From contig CDPCPM010000026.1 in assembly GCA_976551045.1 (NCBI GenBank), positions 9,796,001-9,860,000 of the forward strand: a stretch of 64,000 nt of DNA, given 5' to 3'. A program made the position numbers and the translations under genes. This document shows, in pieces, positions 1 through 14,200 of this stretch. The stretch is from Glaucostegus cemiculus (Eukaryota). The notes beneath the pieces were generated by a model that saw only the letters and a list, made by a program, of their open reading frames with translations, did no database searches and was not told the origin of the DNA. Each line of letters opens with the position of its first letter. Position 1 is the stretch's first letter.

Positions 1-1129
1 GAAAATTAATCAGGCCAAAAGGGTGTTTTTTGTTAGTATGTAAAGGATAGCGATAGGAAGTACCTAAAGTCCAAAATATAGATTTTTTAACTGGATTAGG
101 TCCATTTGATTTTTTTCCCTCTTTTGTTCTCAATTAACCTTTTATGGCAATTTCTTGTAAGCTACTTCAAAGCTCTTAGGAAAGACCCCTAAAGTGCAGC
201 AGACCTTTGGAATTCAACATGAACAGAAAATGCAAGCAAACATTTGTTTTGTTCAGTTCTATTTTAATTTGGGTTCAGTTCTTTTTCTGCTGGTACTAAT
301 TGCAATATTAACTCTTAGATAAACAAGGTAAAGCCACAAAAGAACTTAGGATTTTACTTTACTGTATCCACTTTCCAGATGGCATAGCAAACTTTCTAAT
401 GAAAGAGTATCATTTACCAATACATCTTGAAAAATAACATTCTGCAGGGAACAAAGGCAGTCATTCTTTGTTAGATCAGAAGTAACAGATTCCTGGAATT
501 TTCCAAACCTGTCCATATTTAAACTCCTGCTGACATTGTTCTTAATTCATGGCAATGCAACACACAAAAACAATTAATACAGAACAAGGGTTAAAAGGCA
601 GTCAGTCCTTGCTGACATTCCACAGTTCAGTGTCACTTAGTAAAGATAAAATATAACCATATAACTGTCCTCACAGAGAACAGAACTTCAAATTATGTGG
701 AAATCTAATGGACTAGTCAAACCTCTGAATGAATTCAACCATAAGACCATGCATTACTGATATTAAAGTAAAAGAAAATTCATACTCAATTAGAAACAGT
801 TCTGTAATAACAAGATGATGAATGGCTTAATTATTGTAAAGTCATTTGGAGCCACTTATACGGAGCACATGTACTTCACTGGATCTCTCTTATGAATTTT
901 CAACAGCAAGTACATTGCAAATCAAGCTATGCGCTCCATTTTTAGTATTTCCCTTCTAATTTAATAACATGTAGAAATCATTTTATCTATCACATAAAAT
1001 AGTAATTATATTTAATGATTCCAAGTCATTTTTATTTGTATGATTCAAATTGCAGATCTAAAGTGGTACATTGCCTCAAATCAGATGCCTCAAATTCATG
1101 ATCAATCTTCTTTCCCAAACTCCCTGCCA

Positions 1130-1340
1130 ATGGCTCAGCAAATGAATGTACATTCTATGGTAAGAGGCCAAAGAGATGTTCCTGATCTTAGTCTAGTTTG
1201 ATGCTCAGCCCAGAAGTACAACATAGGCACTGCAATTGGCCTCAGAAACGGGGAAGCAACAAAGTGTTTCCGCTGATGGGAACTAGCTGGCGATGCTTGC
1301 TGGGAAAGACAAGGTTGGATTCTGTCTTGATGTCTTCTTG
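1130..1340 (+). mobile_element. LF-SINE-like fragment
   Basis: TGGCTCAGC...GCACTGCAATTGGCCTCAG...GCTGGGAAAG...GGATTCTGTCTTGATG resembles the recalled LF-SINE head and core (GCTACAATTGGCCTCAG). Heavily diverged. Confidence 0.5.
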
Positions 1341-1534
1341 ATAACCTTGCCTCACATTTAATCAACATCCACTGGATAACATACCAGAAAGTTACCAACA
1401 TCCTGAGCACAACAATAATACTTTGGGAATGACAGCAAATTGAAAATGAAAGATTTTGCTTTATGACAGTGTTACCAAGAAATTTAAATTTAATGGCATG
1501 CATAATGTGATCAACATCAGTGATCTTGTGCCTT

Positions 1535-1950
1535 TTCTGCTTTCTTCTCCTTTCCCTTCAACTCTTCCCTTCAAAGGTTTGTGCTGTGGCACAGTTTCAT
1601 AAGTACCAGCTGCTCTCCAGCAGCTCACTCACATGGCTATTCTTCACGCACACGTCTGCACAGTTAGTGTCAAAAGGCTAATTTATATCAATGGTAGGGG
1701 TAAAAAAATTCACTGCTGACCTCTCTCACCTATCGGATTTACTTTACATCAAGACTTAGTAACTAGCAGTTAAAAATATAAACCAGTCTTCACTTTCTCC
1801 TCTTCATTATCCATGAAGATTTAAAAGACAATTTTAGTAACCCTACTAGTTACTGCTCTTGTTTACTCACATATGCTGCTGATGAAATGCAGGACTTTCC
1901 AAGTCTAGATACTTGCATATGAGACAGTGCAATAGCAAAGCTAGCTACTG
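1535..1950 (-). mobile_element. LF-SINE-like element, near full length, diverged
   Basis: The reverse complement contains TGACACTAACTGTGCAGACGTGTGCGTGAAGAATAGCCATGTGAGTGAG...GGTACTTATGAAACTGTGCCACAGC and a purine-rich tail, paralleling the LF-SINE 3' half. Confidence 0.55.
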
Positions 1951-4429
1951 GGCCAACACTGATGTCCTTCTCAACCTTTCAACTCATTTAGAAATATGTC
2001 ACCAAGAAACCAGAAATGATCCAATTTAGTTCTGCTCAGAACAACCTTGAATGTTTCAAGACAAATCCTACATTATCTTTGTTCATTAAAGCACAAGCAA
2101 TTTGCTGACCTCCAAAGGGACCAGATCCTTGGCTGATATTCCAAACAGGAAAATATGTCAAGTACACAGCATGATAAAGTAAATGAAGAGACAGTCATGA
2201 TACACATTTTCATCTCTATTTTGTAATTTTTTACAACCTCAGTTCTTGAACTGGAAAACTGTGCAGAGTACTATTTCAAACTGACAGCTTTTTTTTTGCA
2301 AAGGCTTGGAATCACTTTCATGTCTACATTTTCCTCTTACAACATCCAGACATTTATCTCAAAGTTTACACTTTATCTGTTGGCGTTTTTCAGATATTAC
2401 AAACTATGGGGTCAGCCAAGTACCACAGTTCTAGGAGTATCAACGCTTCAAATGACGGCTTCTGCCCCAGTTTGCACGGATTCACCTTAACCCTTTGCTG
2501 GTTTTCTGAAATACTCTTATTTATTTAATTAATAACTATCTTGAATAGAATATATTCAATGAAACACCCATTACAAAGCTGTAAGTCCCCAGCAATGACA
2601 TTACTGAAACTTACTTCCCAATTAATAAAATAATAATAATTCAGTACAAATGTGCAGCTACAACTCACTACCCATACAAAGCAGATTTGCTCTATGGCTT
2701 AGTGAGTAAAAGCCCATTTCAATTCTGTTCCTACAGTCAGCTAATTTCACCTATGGTTCCAATGGGGAACCACAGTAGTTTCTTTGTTCTCTTCTTATTG
2801 GGAAAATATTACAAAGAATTTACAGAAAAGAAACTAGCCATTGAGCCCAAACAGTCTGTGTTCCATTTGACACTACTTCATCTCATCCCAACTACATGTC
2901 AATCTGTTTCTTTCTCCCTCGTGTACTTAGCTAAAATCACCAAAAAAGCTTTCAAGCCATTTCCATCATCTACCCCATGGAGTGGCAAATTTCATATTCT
3001 CCAAAGGGAGCATAAGAAAAAAAATACTCCCCATTTATATGCACTTAACTCAGCAAGAAAATGCAGCAGAAAGTGTGAGTGAGGACTGGCTATGATGCTG
3101 CAGAGTGATTGGCTGACACACAGCCAATCGAATGAGACAGGAGGCAGTTGTCATTACTATATCCCAGCAAAGGAAACAGGGGAATGGGGACAAAATTGGA
3201 AACAGGAATCTACAACGGAAGATTGGAAATCTACAACGCCTGGCGCCCGATTGTCATAATGAAAGTAGAAAATACCATACTGTGGATTTTATGAGGGATG
3301 GAAAAGTCCATTTTTAATGGACCATTGGAGCATCCAGAATACAGAAGCACTATAAAAAAAACAAATGCTAAGGTTATCCAAAGATGCAGCACATGTATAG
3401 CTTTGTGGCTCCTAAGTTTATTGAACAAAAGCTCTTCTTGTTCACACTCAGTGAAATATATGCATTCCCACCTGAAGGCATGACGGGTCACTCATTTTGA
3501 GGAGATGGGGCTGTTCCGGGCTAGTAGTCCCACAGTTGGGGCAGTTAACATTTTCAATTATTCAAACATATTTTTAGCTTTCTAACTAAATTATCACAAT
3601 GCTATAAAAGCCTCAGAGAACTCCTATAATCTTGGGTTGAATACTGATAGTAAAGCCAATCCTTGAACTCCATTCCAAGTTAGGAACTGATATCTCGTAA
3701 ACTCAATTTGATAACAATCTGTTTTACACTTATCTTATAGAAACTTTTAAAATTGCTCAATCAGCATGCACATCTGGGTGCAGGAATCACATTATACTAT
3801 TAATATGTGTCCATTTTTTCTGATGTGAGCAGCACATCACCTTCATGCTGCCTGTTCATTTGGATGGTTGCTGTGTGCAACCACTGCTATAAATGGCACT
3901 GTTCAGTGGCTGCACACCTCAGCAGCACAACAATATTGCAAGGGACTTATACTACATAGAGGAGAGGTGCACCTTGGCTGCAACAGGTTGTCAACCTGCT
4001 TTCTGGAGCTCCAGTACCACCTTGGAGACATTGAATATTGGCCTACACAACAAAGTCAGGGTTCCTTAGGTTAGAAATGCTGTACTCGAGGAATTCATGG
4101 AAGGAAGGTCTGATCTATTTTCACAGTTCTTCCAAGGAAACCCTCAAACGCTGTTGTAAGCATCACAGCCATATCTAACAGCTTGCACATACTGTTTCTA
4201 TTCAACATGACACATGGTAACTCACCCAAATATACTTGCAACATTCTCTGATGTGTTTTTCTCCCTCTATACTGCAGGAAAAGATGACATAGAATTGGAA
4301 GCAGCAGCAACTAACTAGCAGGTACAGCTGCACAACTTTGCCAGTAGGGAGGGGATGATACTGTCCACCTTCTTCCTCCTCCCTTAGATTCCCCTCCTCC
4401 CACAAGCTTTTGGTCCTTAGATGCTCACC

Positions 4430-5330
4430 ATACAACAGCTGGCAAGACAATGCCCCTATAATGGCAGATTGTGCAGCATAAAGCAGAACACTTCCACATT
4501 GAGATCGTCTTTGGTGAGTACTGCAGGCCTCCTCCAGTGCGACCCAGGCAACGCAGCATTGTACAGAATGCCATCAGTGTACTACTTTAAATTCCACATA
4601 GCATCATAGCTTTTGTTGTTATGTATATGGGTTGCACACCCATACCATCAACCAATGATTGCTCTTATTCATTCGTAAGTACCCGTTGGTTTGCCAAGGT
4701 GAAATAACTCTGAAAGCATTGCAGACCTTCATGGAATAAGGCAAGACATTAGGTACTGATCTGCATCTGTGCTGCTTATGGTCACACCCAAGCAGGACAC
4801 TTTAAATGGTGAAGTTCCTTTCTTTGCAGTACACATACAACATACATACAGTCAATGGCAATCTGAACTACAGGGGCACACAGAATCCTTGCAAAGTCAT
4901 GTGCTCATGCCACCTACTGTTCTCTGACGAAAAAAAATCAAGTATAGACAGAATTCTTTGAATAGAGAGCCCCAGCAGCCTCCCTGAGCCCCAGCAGCCT
5001 CCCTGGTCAACACTGGACAGCAAACTATAAAGGTGCCGCAAATAGTTCCAAGTCCAGCTGGAAAGAGAATGACCCAAGAAAGTCCATGCCATGGTTCACT
5101 TGCCAACCACAGGCATTGTAGTCCTGATTACGGTTGAATGTGTGGCTGGGACAGGAGATATATTTCAACAAAGGCACTATTCTGAAGCACAGGCATTTTA
5201 CATATGGTTCCTTGTCGAAGTTCTGACAAGAGAATGTATTCAACAAGCTGAACAGATATGGTCTCTGGCTGAGATCCCCTTGACCAGCTCCTCCCCGCCA
5301 CCTATAACCCAACAGCTACATCTCATGAAC
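4430..5330 (-). pseudogene. PIF/Harbinger (HARBI1-like) DDE transposase relic, frameshifted
   Basis: Minus-strand translations PVVQIAIDCMYV (about 4835-4875; cf. FPxVQGAIDCTHV), LGCDHKQ (cf. QLVCDH), MLRCLGRTGGGLQYSPKT (4506-4559; cf. RFRCLDRSGGALQYSP) and CFMLHNL (cf. CCxLHN), in the correct order. Confidence 0.8.
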
Positions 5331-7769
5331 AACCACTCCCATCCCTAGCTTCGTCCTCCTTCCTTTCCTAACAGCTAGTCCTGCTGTGCATGCCCCCAGT
5401 TCATTCCTTTAGGCTGCTATACTTGAAAAATGTCTACAAATCTACCCATGAGTACAACACTGTAAGGTCTGGTTTGTCCAGAAGTTTGTCAGAACCTGAC
5501 AAAGCATCGCCTGTAAACTTTTAACAATTTGAATGATCTTTACAAAGCTCTTAACACTCATACAACCATATCAGCAGCCTGAAAGAATAAACCAGCCACT
5601 AAACCGAATGCAGATGATCCTTTCAAATAGCACTAGCAGGAGGCGATGTTGGTGTGGAGGGGATATGGGTTCCCTCCTGCTGTTGAATGAGTGCTGCATT
5701 ATATGGAGGTTCACGGAGTGCTGAGCCCCACGATGCCAGTACTAGTGTCAGTCAGCACACCAACTGACATTACAATATTCTGACTCAGCAAACTGCCTTC
5801 AACAACATGGCATGTGGCACCACGAATATGCAAAGTGTATACACTGGATGTTACTTTGGAACTAACTGTGCACCTATACAGTCAAAGTTAAAGAAACTTT
5901 AATAGTTTAATCAAGAGAGCAAAACATACGGAGATTACAACAATTAAGTACGGAAAAGGAGAAACTTGCCTCAGCAGATAATTTTGCTTCCCTTGTTATA
6001 AAACGTAACAAAGGAACTGTGAAATTACAAAATGAACGTACAAGTCTATCATCTGTTTCACTTAAGGCACAAAATTAAATGAACTGCTGTACAAAAAAGT
6101 CACATTTGTTAATATTCCAAAACTCCCCTGTTGCAGGAACTGCTCAATTTATATTGCAGCACAAATTCCACAGCACATCTGGCAACTAACAATTATACTT
6201 GCTCAATGGATGCTGCTGCCACTGAAAGAACTACCTCTTTAATTAGTTCTCCATGTCTCCACAGGCAGCGACACCATCTCATTTACAGTGCAGGCAGTCA
6301 GGACTGCAATCAGGGACTGCACTTCAGTATAATACTAGCCTATCAATTACATGGGAAATATCATGTATTAGTTTCCAGTAGTAAAACCAATGTGCAATCC
6401 TTAACATCAAACCATAGCAAATCCTATTGTTCAGATGTTAAAAGTGGTACAACCCTTGCCTATGCCCCCAAATATTAAGATGAGATACAAGAGTCAAGGA
6501 TGTACAGGCATTACTTCCTTCTTCACATAATTTGTGACTTTCTCCCTATTTATCCTCTGTCTAAATCCCTCAAATGAAAATTTCCCACTCCTCCCTCCCC
6601 AACCTCCTTCATTTACAGCTTCTTGTCCTTCATTAATGAGAGGTAGGGTCTCCAACTAAACTAGAAGGTCTTTCCTTCTGAAAAAAATCTCAAGAGTAAA
6701 GTCAAAAGATACCAATTTCAAAAGCCAAACATGATATGATTTTTTTTAAAATCTCAAAGCATTCAAAATGAGTGACCTCACAAATATGCTATGTTCTTGG
6801 TTGCACATTGTCACTAGATACACTGAAGCACTGGGCCATTAATACTGGATATATATTTAAGCTGTCATTGAAGCAAACAGGCTGAATGCAAATTCCATAC
6901 CCAGTGGTCCACAAAGACGCGTGCTTCCTTGTAAAATGCAGAACTCAGCAACACAAGAGTTACATCCTTTCTTCTCCTCAACTGAGGCAACACATTGAAT
7001 TCTTGTCATCCAGCTATTTGTGCAGTCAACAGCGATCTCAACAAAATAGACCACTTGACTGAGAATTCATGGGTCTTTTAAAAGTTGTAAACAGAGAAGA
7101 ATGGCTTTCATGAGCTAAGCTTTTTTTTAAACACAGCACCATTTTGGGATTTCCCTGAGTACCAGCTGCCCCATACAGTACACAAGACTAATAGTGGGTT
7201 ATATTTAAACATAAGTATTTCCTTAACAAAAGAAATACAGGTAATTTAGAGAGTTCTATAAAGAGGTCTTTGTTCAATAAGTTCCAACCTAATAATGCTA
7301 TGAAATGTTCGTGCATATAGTTAATATCAGGAAAAAGGTATGAGGCACACATCAAGGAGAAAATCAATTATTGATTAATTTGATAAACTATAATATAGAA
7401 TTATTAAAACACAACTTTCTTTCAGAAAATTAAGACCAGTAGATGTGCATTACAAATTACAGGAAGTATCTGTATCCTCTTAATGGTAGTGTTTTAATAT
7501 TTTTAAAAAGTGGCAATCACACAACTTTTTTTTGGTTATCTAGGGAAATCACTGACAATTAAAGCAAATCAAAGGCAAGCACTATCTTTAAATAATAATC
7601 TCAATTTACGAGCATCAAATTGTTCAAATGAATTAGTGAGCTCCTCCTCCACTGCCAACTCCCTGCCTCATCTGCTTCCAGCACATCACCCAGGAGCCTG
7701 GTCAGGAAATGTCACCATGCAATTTTGCCTGAGAGGGAAGGGTGGCAGTGGGAACCATCACTTAGTTTC

Positions 7770-7950
7770 TGTCTTCACCTGACATCCTACTCACGTGCTC
7801 TTCTCAGTAAGGGAACAGGGAACAAAAAGATTAGTTGCTATTTCCTTCCTTTGTTATAAATAAGGAGGCTAATTGCCACTCTGACGGAGATCAGTTTAGA
7901 TCAGGAATGGAACCTGGGATCACCCCATCCTCTGCAGTTTCTTATCTAAC
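7770..7950 (-). mobile_element. LF-SINE-like fragment
   Basis: TCTTCACCTGACATCCTACTCACGTGCTCTT...GGAATGGAACCTGGGATC parallels the reverse complement of the LF-SINE core and tRNA-like head. Confidence 0.45.
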
Positions 7951-10084
7951 CAATCAAAGTAGTGATCCTTAATGAAGGCAGCAGAGGAGCTGATTAGTTA
8001 ACACATTAATTGCGTAATCTTATTCAAATTATTTTTATCCCTGAAATGCTACAGGTATTATCCACAGAGCATTTTCATTATTTTCAATATTTTCTATTTT
8101 GGCAGCTTGTGTCAGATTTCATCCAAATGAAGAGTATGAAGTTAAGAAGTCCAATTGCAACAGTGAGCATTAAGTCTACAATAGTACATTTTCTATAGTG
8201 AGGCTTTATGAAAGGACCAAGTAAACATTATAAACTTTCTTCTGTATTTCAAATTCACATAGAAAACACATATCGTATATTTAAAACTTGGGAGATTCTT
8301 CTTTTAGTTGAATTAAGATAGTAAAATAATAAATGAAAATTCACTCCATTAACTGACAAAGTAAATTATTCTAACAGGTAACTAATGTGTCCCTAATACA
8401 TGTACAAAGTACTTAAGGCAACCGAGTAACCCAAGGCTTGTACTTCCATTGCTGGTTTGGACTGGAATCAAGAAAATGAGCAATGTAACTACAAAATCAG
8501 CTTCCTGTGGTGATTCCAGCAGATGTCCCAGTATAGCAGAGACCCTCAAGCTAACCGACTCTAAGGGTCTGCTTAAACATCACAAAAAACCCAATGGAAC
8601 TTACACTATAAAGTCAAAACCTTTGACCTTAGTTAAGAGCTTTACTGAAACCAAATGCAGACCATATTAATACAAAGGGAGGTGAGTGAGTAGGTCTCAA
8701 ACTGCATCAAGCAGGAAATGTGAATGCATCAAGGCACCAAACTGAATAATTCTGTATTAATGACTAAATAGTACTTCCACCCATAAAAAGACAAACTTTA
8801 AATCTCAGAGAACTGAGGGTTGTCAGCCAGATCAGTGCAGATATTACAGCATCAGAACATGTCTTTTGAAAGAAAATGCAAAGTTGTGTTTGAAAACAGA
8901 GCATGCCCAGTTGACACTTCAACAGTTCTAATACACAGCTGTTCAGAGCTCCAACATATCGACACTATTAGGACCGGATCAAGCTTTATCCAGCCTCTGC
9001 CATGTGATCACTCCCTCTACTTTTTCGATAACACCACTATCTTCTAGTGGTCCTCCAGGAGATTGAGAGGGAATCTTAGCTGCCATGGCCATCTCGTTAG
9101 GTATGTTGTACCTGAACCTCACTGTACTTGTGCACATGACAATAGACCCCACTTGACTTGACTAGAACAGTCTACAAGTGACAGCTTGACATCAGGCAGA
9201 TCAGAGGCTGCCGTGACAGGGACGCCCAGTCTGCTTACTGCTCTCAAAGCCCTTTGTTAATCAGACACATGCAAAAACAGTTCAAATTGATTAAACACAA
9301 ATCTTTAAAAAATAGAAAAAATAATTAAAGTACTAGAAGTTACTAAACATAAAGACAAAGTAAAAACAATAGCCAATGCATTTACCTCCACTTACCCTAT
9401 TAAGATCAATGATCCCATTGGTCATGCAATAAACACCAATCATGGCTGGAATGGGATCAAAGGACTGGATACAGACTGCATTCAGCTCTCCAGGACAGGA
9501 CGTGCATGCTCATCAGTGCTGAGACCGGCGGTGGGGCAAGAAGTCAGATGTGCCAGCATTTGAACTCCACCTCATTTCTGACCCCCAGACTCCAGTGAAG
9601 TCAGAGATGAGTTGACCACCAGGAGGGCAATGCTGACAGTTCCCACATGGAACCCCCACAAAAGATAACTGCATTTAAACCCATTATGATCTGGGTCTAC
9701 CCACAGGATGTATCCTTTAAACAAACTTTTATCTTTCTAATTTTTATTCCTTCCACCATTGAATGTGTATTTTTGATATTCCAAGCTTGAAATGCATATG
9801 ACAATGCTCTATTACATTTTCAGTTCCTGTACATCATCCCAAAAAAAATGGACTTGGAATAGCATCTGGATGTCCTAGTGCATGATTCACACAAGGCTAA
9901 TATGCAGATGGCAGCTGTCCACAAAATCCTGTGCATTTTCATTGAGATCCCTGCCTCAACTGACTGAACTGCATTTCCATTTGAGATCCAGTAAAAATAA
10001 TGAAATGTATATTGATGTCTGCATCCTGCCTAACACATTAGTCAGGATTTCACATGAATCAATAAGAGTTAGCAGTATGAATAA

Positions 10085-10475
10085 ACCAGTAGTCTCATCA
10101 AAACTGCTTCATCATTGAATAAGATCACAATTTATGTAATTATAACTCCAAGTCTGCATTCCTGATGACCAGCAGTATCCTTTCACCCCCTTGCTTATCA
10201 GATTTCTTATCTACCTCTGCCTTAAATGTTTTCCAAAACTCTACTCCACCATTCTTTGAGGAAGTCGTCCCAGGACCTGTGGCTCTATGGTCCACAATGC
10301 ACTGAGTGAAACAAATTCACCTCTTCTCTATCTTAATTTCTTATGTTTCAGTCAAGTCCTCTCTAAATCTTCTAAGTTCCAACAGGTGCAAGTTTAGCAT
10401 CTTCAACCTTTCCTCCATAGACAACCAAACCATTCCTGGTTTTAGTCTAGTAAACCTTCACTGAACTGCTGCCGT
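10085..10475 (-). mobile_element. CR1-type LINE 3' fragment (left part of an element split by another CR1)
   Basis: The reverse complement gives CR1 ORF2 C-terminal/3' UTR-like sequence. It resumes colinearly at about 11776. Confidence 0.7.
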
Positions 10476-10559
10476 AAATTAAACAACAGTGGCATGAAAT
10501 TTATTGGTGAAAAAAATCTGAGTGACAACATTAAACAGCAATTGGAGATGGGGGAAGGA

Positions 10560-11775
10560 TTGATAGTTCTAACAGACTAATTTGACTGAATTTTTCATGG
10601 AGGAAACTAAGTGGGCAGATGATGTTTTCACAAAGATGACTAAGTATATGGATAATGTTCAGTGAGGCCTCAGACAAGGTCCCACATGGGACACTGGTCC
10701 AAAAGATAAGAGCCAGTGAAATCCAGGAGAATTTGGCAAATTGTATCTGAAAATGGCATGGATCAGAAACAGAGAGTGATGGTCGAAGGATCTTTTGCGA
10801 CTGGAAACATGTAACTAGTGGAATACCACTGAGATCTGTGCTCAGAACCTTGCTCTTTGTTATTTACATTCGCGGCCTGGATGTGAATATTGCAGATGAT
10901 GTGAAGTTCGTTAGCATTGTTGGCAGTCTCCAGTAACGGAACAGTATTGAGCAGATGGTAAGACAGGCAAAGAAACGGCAGATGAAATTTAATCCTGAAA
11001 AATGTGAGGTGTTACATAGTGGGAGGACTAAGAAGACTAGGATATAGATAGAGAATGGCAGGAACCTAAGAAATACTGATGAATAGAGAGTTTTTGGTGT
11101 ACATATTCAAGGGATCCCTGAAGACAGCAGCACAGGTAGATCCGGTGGTAAAGAAAACATTTAGAATACTTGCCTTCATTAGCCAAGGCAAAGAATATGA
11201 AAGGGAGATAATTATACAACTCAATAAAACATTAGGCCACAGCTGCAGTACCGTGTACAGTTCTGACCAGCACACTTCAGAAAGGACATAAATGCATTTG
11301 AGAGGGTCCAAAGGAGATTCACCAGGATGTTTCCTGGGATGAAGCTTTTCAGCTATGAGTAGGAACTGGATAAGCCGGATTTGTTTCCTTTAGAGTGGAG
11401 GAGACTAAGAGGTGACTTAGGTATACACAATTATAAGGGGCAGAGATCAGATAGAAACCTATCTCCTTAGCAGAAATGTCAATGTTCAGAGGACACAGCT
11501 TAAGGTTAGGGATAGGAATATTTATAGGGGATCTTAGGAAGATTTTTTTCATCCAGAGGGTTGTTGAAATCTGTAACTCACTGCCTGAGTGGGTAGTGGG
11601 AGCAGAGACACTCGAGGCATTTAAATATTGGAAGAGCAGTTGAAATGCATTAGCATAGAAGGCTGCAAGCCAAGTGCGAGGGAATGGGATTAGCAGAGAT
11701 AGGTATCTAACGGCTAGCATGGGCAAGGTAGGCCAAAGGGCCTACTTCCATGCTGTATCACTCTGTGACTCTAAT
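10560..11775 (+). mobile_element. CR1-type LINE, 5'-truncated, with 3' tail
   Basis: Degenerate RT motifs (DKVPH, VTSGIPLRSVL, ADD, QMKFNPEKCEV) and the typical terminus AAGGGCCTACTTCCATGCTGTATCACTCTGTGACTCTA. Confidence 0.9.
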
Positions 11776-12150
11776 TTTTCTTAAGTAAGAAGACCAATAC
11801 TGTGCACTCCAGAAGTGGTCTCACCAATGCCCTATATAAATGAACCATAAACCCTCTATTTTTGTATTCAATCCTATTTGCAATAAATGATAACATATTG
11901 TCAGTATTCCTAACTATTTGCCTTATCTACATACTAACCTCTTGCAAATCATGCACTAGGATACTCGGATCCCTCTGCATCTCAGAGCTCTGCAATCTCT
12001 CTACATTTAGAATAGTGTACTTCTTGTTTTAATTTGCCTCTTTGTTTTATATGCCAAAATGCACAGCTTCACAGTTTCCCACTTTATATGCCAGACCTTT
12101 GCCCACTTGCTTAACATATTTATATTCCTTTGTAGCCTCCTTATGCCCTT
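11776..12150 (-). mobile_element. CR1-type LINE fragment (right part of the split element)
   Basis: AGACCAATACTGTGCACTCCAGAAGTGGTCTCACCAATGCCCTATA is the reverse of LYRALVRPLLE.CxQYW. Confidence 0.75.
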
Positions 12151-13409
12151 ATTTCAAATAAAAGAATGTCCTTTCTCTAAATGCAAACACTAGCAGAACT
12201 TAACAACATCCATGTTTCTGATCAGCTCACTGCCATCAAAATCATACCTACATTACAAATCCCTACATGTTTCTTAGTCTCCAAAAGCAGGCACAAAATC
12301 TGGTGTCTCAAGAGTCAAATCAACTCTGTCTTTCTCTCAGTAAAGCTGAGGACACCAAGGCATGTACTTGATGGTTGGGAGTACATCGGTAACAGCAGAA
12401 TACCTGCCATTCACTGGGAGCTGCAAAATATTCAACCATTCAAGGGGGATGACAGCTCAAAAAATTAAAAATGATTGCAATCCTATTAAGGTCTACTCTA
12501 AAAGGCATATTTGAAAGGATTCTTCTTCCCCCACCCTTCCTTGGGATATTTTTACCGGGAACAGTAATTTTTAAATACTGACATGTCAGAAGTCATTTTG
12601 ACAGTGCTCCATTTATTATGTTTATGGCCCTACTCAAAGCTTGCCATTTCTTAAATGTGTTCAATATTATAAGGCAGACTATTCATAGCTACTAGATATC
12701 TACCAGATAATGGAGCTTTCATAAACTTTAACAGGTTGAAAGTGACCTCCGTTCCTAACTGTGAAAGCATAGACAGTAGCAGTTCAAATTGACAGTCCAC
12801 TGGCATCTTCAAGCAACTGGAGATCAGCAACAAATATCAGCCCTACCAGTGATACCCATAGCTCAAGAATGAACTTCAAGAAAACAAAACTAGGATGCAT
12901 ATTACCAGCATCAGGAGAGAAATTAGCAAGGGGTAGTTCAAATATTTCAAAATGACTGCAATACTGAAAATAGCTGAAAAACAGCCTTGTTGAATCAATC
13001 ATTCATACGTGTGTATTCATATATGGTGCAGTTTTTATATCGCAGATCTCACTGATTTAGAATGGTAAACTACCAACTACATCTTACTGGTGGAGGCTTT
13101 GAATTTCTTTTACTGAAGCCAGTACATTTTTGCTTGTGGCAGTATCTTTTCAAGATGTGTGTGCATTCTTTTAACCAGAAAAGGCAAAAGGAATCTAAAG
13201 TCACATTCACTTTACTGCATATATAGCTGGGAGGCAGAAAATCGACCTGAAAGAAACTACTCCTTCAATAACCATTTTTTTGCTTGTAAATGTTTGGTAG
13301 CAGCTTTCAACATCAGTAATACATCACCCATGAAATTATGGAACTGATCTCCATTCTGTAAAGCTGCCACATCCCATCCTGCATTGATACCAATTCCCAA
13401 AACAGACTT

Positions 13410-13680
13410 CACAAAATCACCACAGGACGCCAATCAGCCCATCATATCCATGCTGTCTCATTGAAAGGGGTACCCAATTAGACCCACTCCTCCACTATTC
13501 CCCCACATCCCTTCCAAATTGTTCTTATATCCAAATCAAAAGATTTCTCTTCACCTCCCCTCTGGTGCTATTGCTAATTATCTTGAACTGCTATCCTTTG
13601 GTTACTGAGCCATCCACTGTGGGAAACAGTTTCTCCTTATTTAATCTATCAAACAGCCTCAAGTTAAATATCTTGTACAA
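13410..13680 (-). mobile_element. CR1 3'-end remnant
   Basis: CACAGGACGCCAATCAGCCCATCATATCCATGCTG is the reverse complement of the CR1/HE1-type 3' terminal stem-loop region. Confidence 0.55.
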
Positions 13681-13860
13681 AATTATGGTGCAGCTTTAAT
13701 CCTAATGAAGCATGAGTGAAAATCAGCAGAATATGCCAGCTCTGTTACAGCCATAAACTAATTATGTGACAGCAGCAATGAACTGGTGAGAAGGTGAGAT
13801 TCAGGCAGTGCTGGGACATCCCTCTAAGAGGTTTCGGAAGAAGGAAATAGAAGAGTATGA

Positions 13861-14200
13861 GCAACACAGTGGCACAACTGACCAAGCTGCTGCCTACAGC
13901 TCCTGCAACCCTGACCTCTGGTGCTATCTGTGCGCAGTTTGCACATTCTCCCTGTGACCATGCAGGCTTCCTCTGGTTGCTCCGGTTTCCTCCCACATCC
14001 CAAAGATGTGCAGGTTGATAGGTTAACTGGTCATTGTAAGTTGTCCCTGTTGTACAAGTAACTGGTAGAATCAAGGGAAATTAATGGGAATGTGGGGAGA
14101 GCAGATTACAGGGAAAAATTAGTGGAGTAATGGATAGCTCTGTAAGCTGCCATAGCCTTGATAGGCTGAATGGCCTCCTTCAATGTCATAAGGAAATATG
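13861..14200 (+). mobile_element. V-SINE (HE1-like tRNA-derived SINE)
   Basis: V-core GTTTGCACATTCTCCCTGTGACC...GCTCCGGTTTCCTCCCACATCCCAAAGATGTG, then a CR1-like tail (GGCTGAATGGCCTCCTT). Confidence 0.9.
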
